Assembly: GCA_965223855.1 (NCBI GenBank)
Contig: CBDCXM010000002.1
Coordinates: 192,001 to 256,000, forward strand
Length of the DNA: 64,000 nucleotides
Direction of reading: 5' to 3'
DNA from: Candidatus Multivoradales bacterium
GTDB taxonomy: Bacteria; Acidobacteriota; Thermoanaerobaculia; Multivoradales; JAHEKO01
The notes below the pieces were generated by a model that saw only the letters and a list, made by a program, of their open reading frames with translations, had not been told where the DNA came from and made no database searches. This document shows, in pieces, positions 62,522-64,000 of the stretch; the stretch's first letter is position 1, and the number at the start of each line of letters is the position of its first letter. A program made the translations under genes and the position numbers.

Positions 62522-63309
62522 CCGCCGCCGCTCCCGTCAACGCCGGCCTGCCGGCGGAGTGGCACGTCGCCCTGCCGGAGTTCGAGGGGCCGCTCGATCT
62601 GCTGCTCCATCTGGTGAGGGTCAACGAGGTCGAGCTCGTCGACATCCCGGTGGCGACGATCTGCGATCAGTTTCACGCGACGCTGGCGCTGATGGAGCAG
62701 CTCAACCTCGACATCGCGGCGGAGTACATCTACGAGGCCGCTCAGCTCATCTTCCTCAAGAGCCGGATGCTGCTGCCGCGACGCAAGGACGAATCCGGGG
62801 AGGACGTGGAGGGAGACCCGCGCGAGGAGCTGGTCCAGCGGCTCGTCGAGTACCAGAGGATCAAGGAGGCGGCGCAGTCGCTCGCCGAGATCCACAATCT
62901 CAGGAGGGGCGTGTGGACGCGCCGTCCGCAGCCGATCGACACCGGAGCCGAGGAGGGGGTCGATCTCGGCGAGGTCTCTCTCTACGACCTGCTGACCGCC
63001 TTCAAGACCGTGCTCGTGCGCTACGACCACGAGCACCCCGACCCGATGCTGCTGCACGCCGAGACCTTCTCGGTACGGGATCAGTTCGAGCGTCTCCTCC
63101 ATCGCCTCGATCCGAAGAAGCCGCTCGACCTCGTGGCCGATCTCAAGGGGCGCGGCAGCAGGGGAGAGGTGGTCGCCGCCTTCCTCGCGGTGCTCGAGAT
63201 GGTCCGACTCGCCGTCGTGAGGCTGCACCAGACCGACGGTGGGGACCTGCTCCTCTACCGCACGACCCGTGAGCTGGCGGGGCACGAGCTCGAGGCGATC
63301 CAGGGATGA
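62518..63309 (+). CDS. scpA: Segregation/condensation protein A
   Basis: FEGPLDLLLHL, KSR.LLP, DPR.EL, FLAVLE. Confidence 0.93.
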   Translation: MTAAAPVNAGLPAEWHVALPEFEGPLDLLLHLVRVNEVELVDIPVATICDQFHATLALMEQLNLDIAAEYIYEAAQLIFLKSRMLLPRRKDESGEDVEGDPREELVQRLVEYQRIKEAAQSLAEIHNLRRGVWTRRPQPIDTGAEEGVDLGEVSLYDLLTAFKTVLVRYDHEHPDPMLLHAETFSVRDQFERLLHRLDPKKPLDLVADLKGRGSRGEVVAAFLAVLEMVRLAVVRLHQTDGGDLLLYRTTRELAGHELEAIQG

Positions 63310-63905
63310 CCGAGCGCTCCGAGATCGAAGCGGCCGTCGAGGCGGTGCTGTTCGTCGCCAACGAGCCGATCGCCCGCGACAAGCTGCTCGAGATCTTCGG
63401 CCAGCGCGATCGCGCGGCGGTCGAGGAGGCGATCGACACCGTCCTCGCGCGCTACGACGGTGGCGAAGGGAGAGGGGTCGTGGCGGAGACGGTGGCCGGC
63501 GGCGTGCGGCTGGCGACCCGGCCCGAGTTGGGCGGCTACCTGCGCAAGATGTTCGAGGTCACCGGTCGCAACAAGCTCTCGATGGCGGCGCTCGAGACGC
63601 TGGCGATCGTCGCCTACCGGCAGCCGATCACGGCGCCGGAGGTACAGGAGCTGCGCGGTGTCAACTCGAAGGGAGTTCTGTCGACGCTTCTCGAGCATCG
63701 ACTGGTGAGACTCGCCGGGCGCCGGAAGATCGTCGGCAACCCGTTCCTCTACCGCACGACCAGGGAGTTCCTCGCTCATTTCGGTCTGGAGAGCCTGAAG
63801 GACCTGCCGCCTCTCGAGGAGTTCGAAGAGCTTCTCGGTGTCGATCTCGGCGGGGCGAACCTGCCGCTGCCGCTCGCCGGGGAGAGCGACGGGGAGGAGG
63901 AATGA
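63306..63905 (+). CDS. scpB: SMC-Scp complex subunit B
   Basis: EAVLF, LS.AALETLAI.AY.QP.T, RGV, G.P.LY.TT..FL..FGL..L.DLP. Confidence 0.95.
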   Translation: MTERSEIEAAVEAVLFVANEPIARDKLLEIFGQRDRAAVEEAIDTVLARYDGGEGRGVVAETVAGGVRLATRPELGGYLRKMFEVTGRNKLSMAALETLAIVAYRQPITAPEVQELRGVNSKGVLSTLLEHRLVRLAGRRKIVGNPFLYRTTREFLAHFGLESLKDLPPLEEFEELLGVDLGGANLPLPLAGESDGEEE

Positions 63906-64000
63906 GTACCGAGCGGCTGCAGAAGCTACTCGCGCGGGCGGGGTTCGGCTCGCGGCGGGCGAGCGAGGAGATCATCAGCGCCGGCCGCGTCACGGTGAAC
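63902..64000 (+). CDS. RluB-family pseudouridine synthase, 5' fragment
   Basis: MSTERLQKLLARAGFGSRRASEEIISAGRVTVN (S4 domain), in the usual position after scpB. Confidence 0.85.
   Translation, partial: MSTERLQKLLARAGFGSRRASEEIISAGRVTVN

Overview
High-GC (roughly 70%) bacterial chromosomal window, mostly core genome. Gene content and order suggest Acidobacteriota, possibly Thermoanaerobaculia-like, but this is inference. It carries: an amidohydrolase/aconitase-X/peptidase operon; a divergent NHEJ locus (ligD, ku, MerR-HTH-TPR); HU; the TPR-lolB-like-ispE-spoVG-tRNA-Gln-prs-rplY-pth-hppA cluster; rpsF-rpsR-rplI with an S6:S18-type leader; PBP1A; uvrB, mscL and uvrC; RNase P RNA; recG; and trpS-scpA-scpB-rluB. 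No CRISPR array, integrase or transposase was seen. The main signals missed by the ORF track are two genes with an in-frame UGA at a conserved catalytic Cys position followed by a SECIS-like hairpin: a MerB-like lyase (37209-37904, minus) and an ArsC/Spx-family protein with a UxxC motif (2024-2371). Both are candidate selenoproteins. Also seen: at least 8 genes with a -10 box 5-7 nt before the start codon (likely leaderless mRNAs), a family of long intergenic G.U-rich inverted repeats with a GGTAGG motif, a pth gene with no canonical start codon, and a frameshifted PLP decarboxylase.
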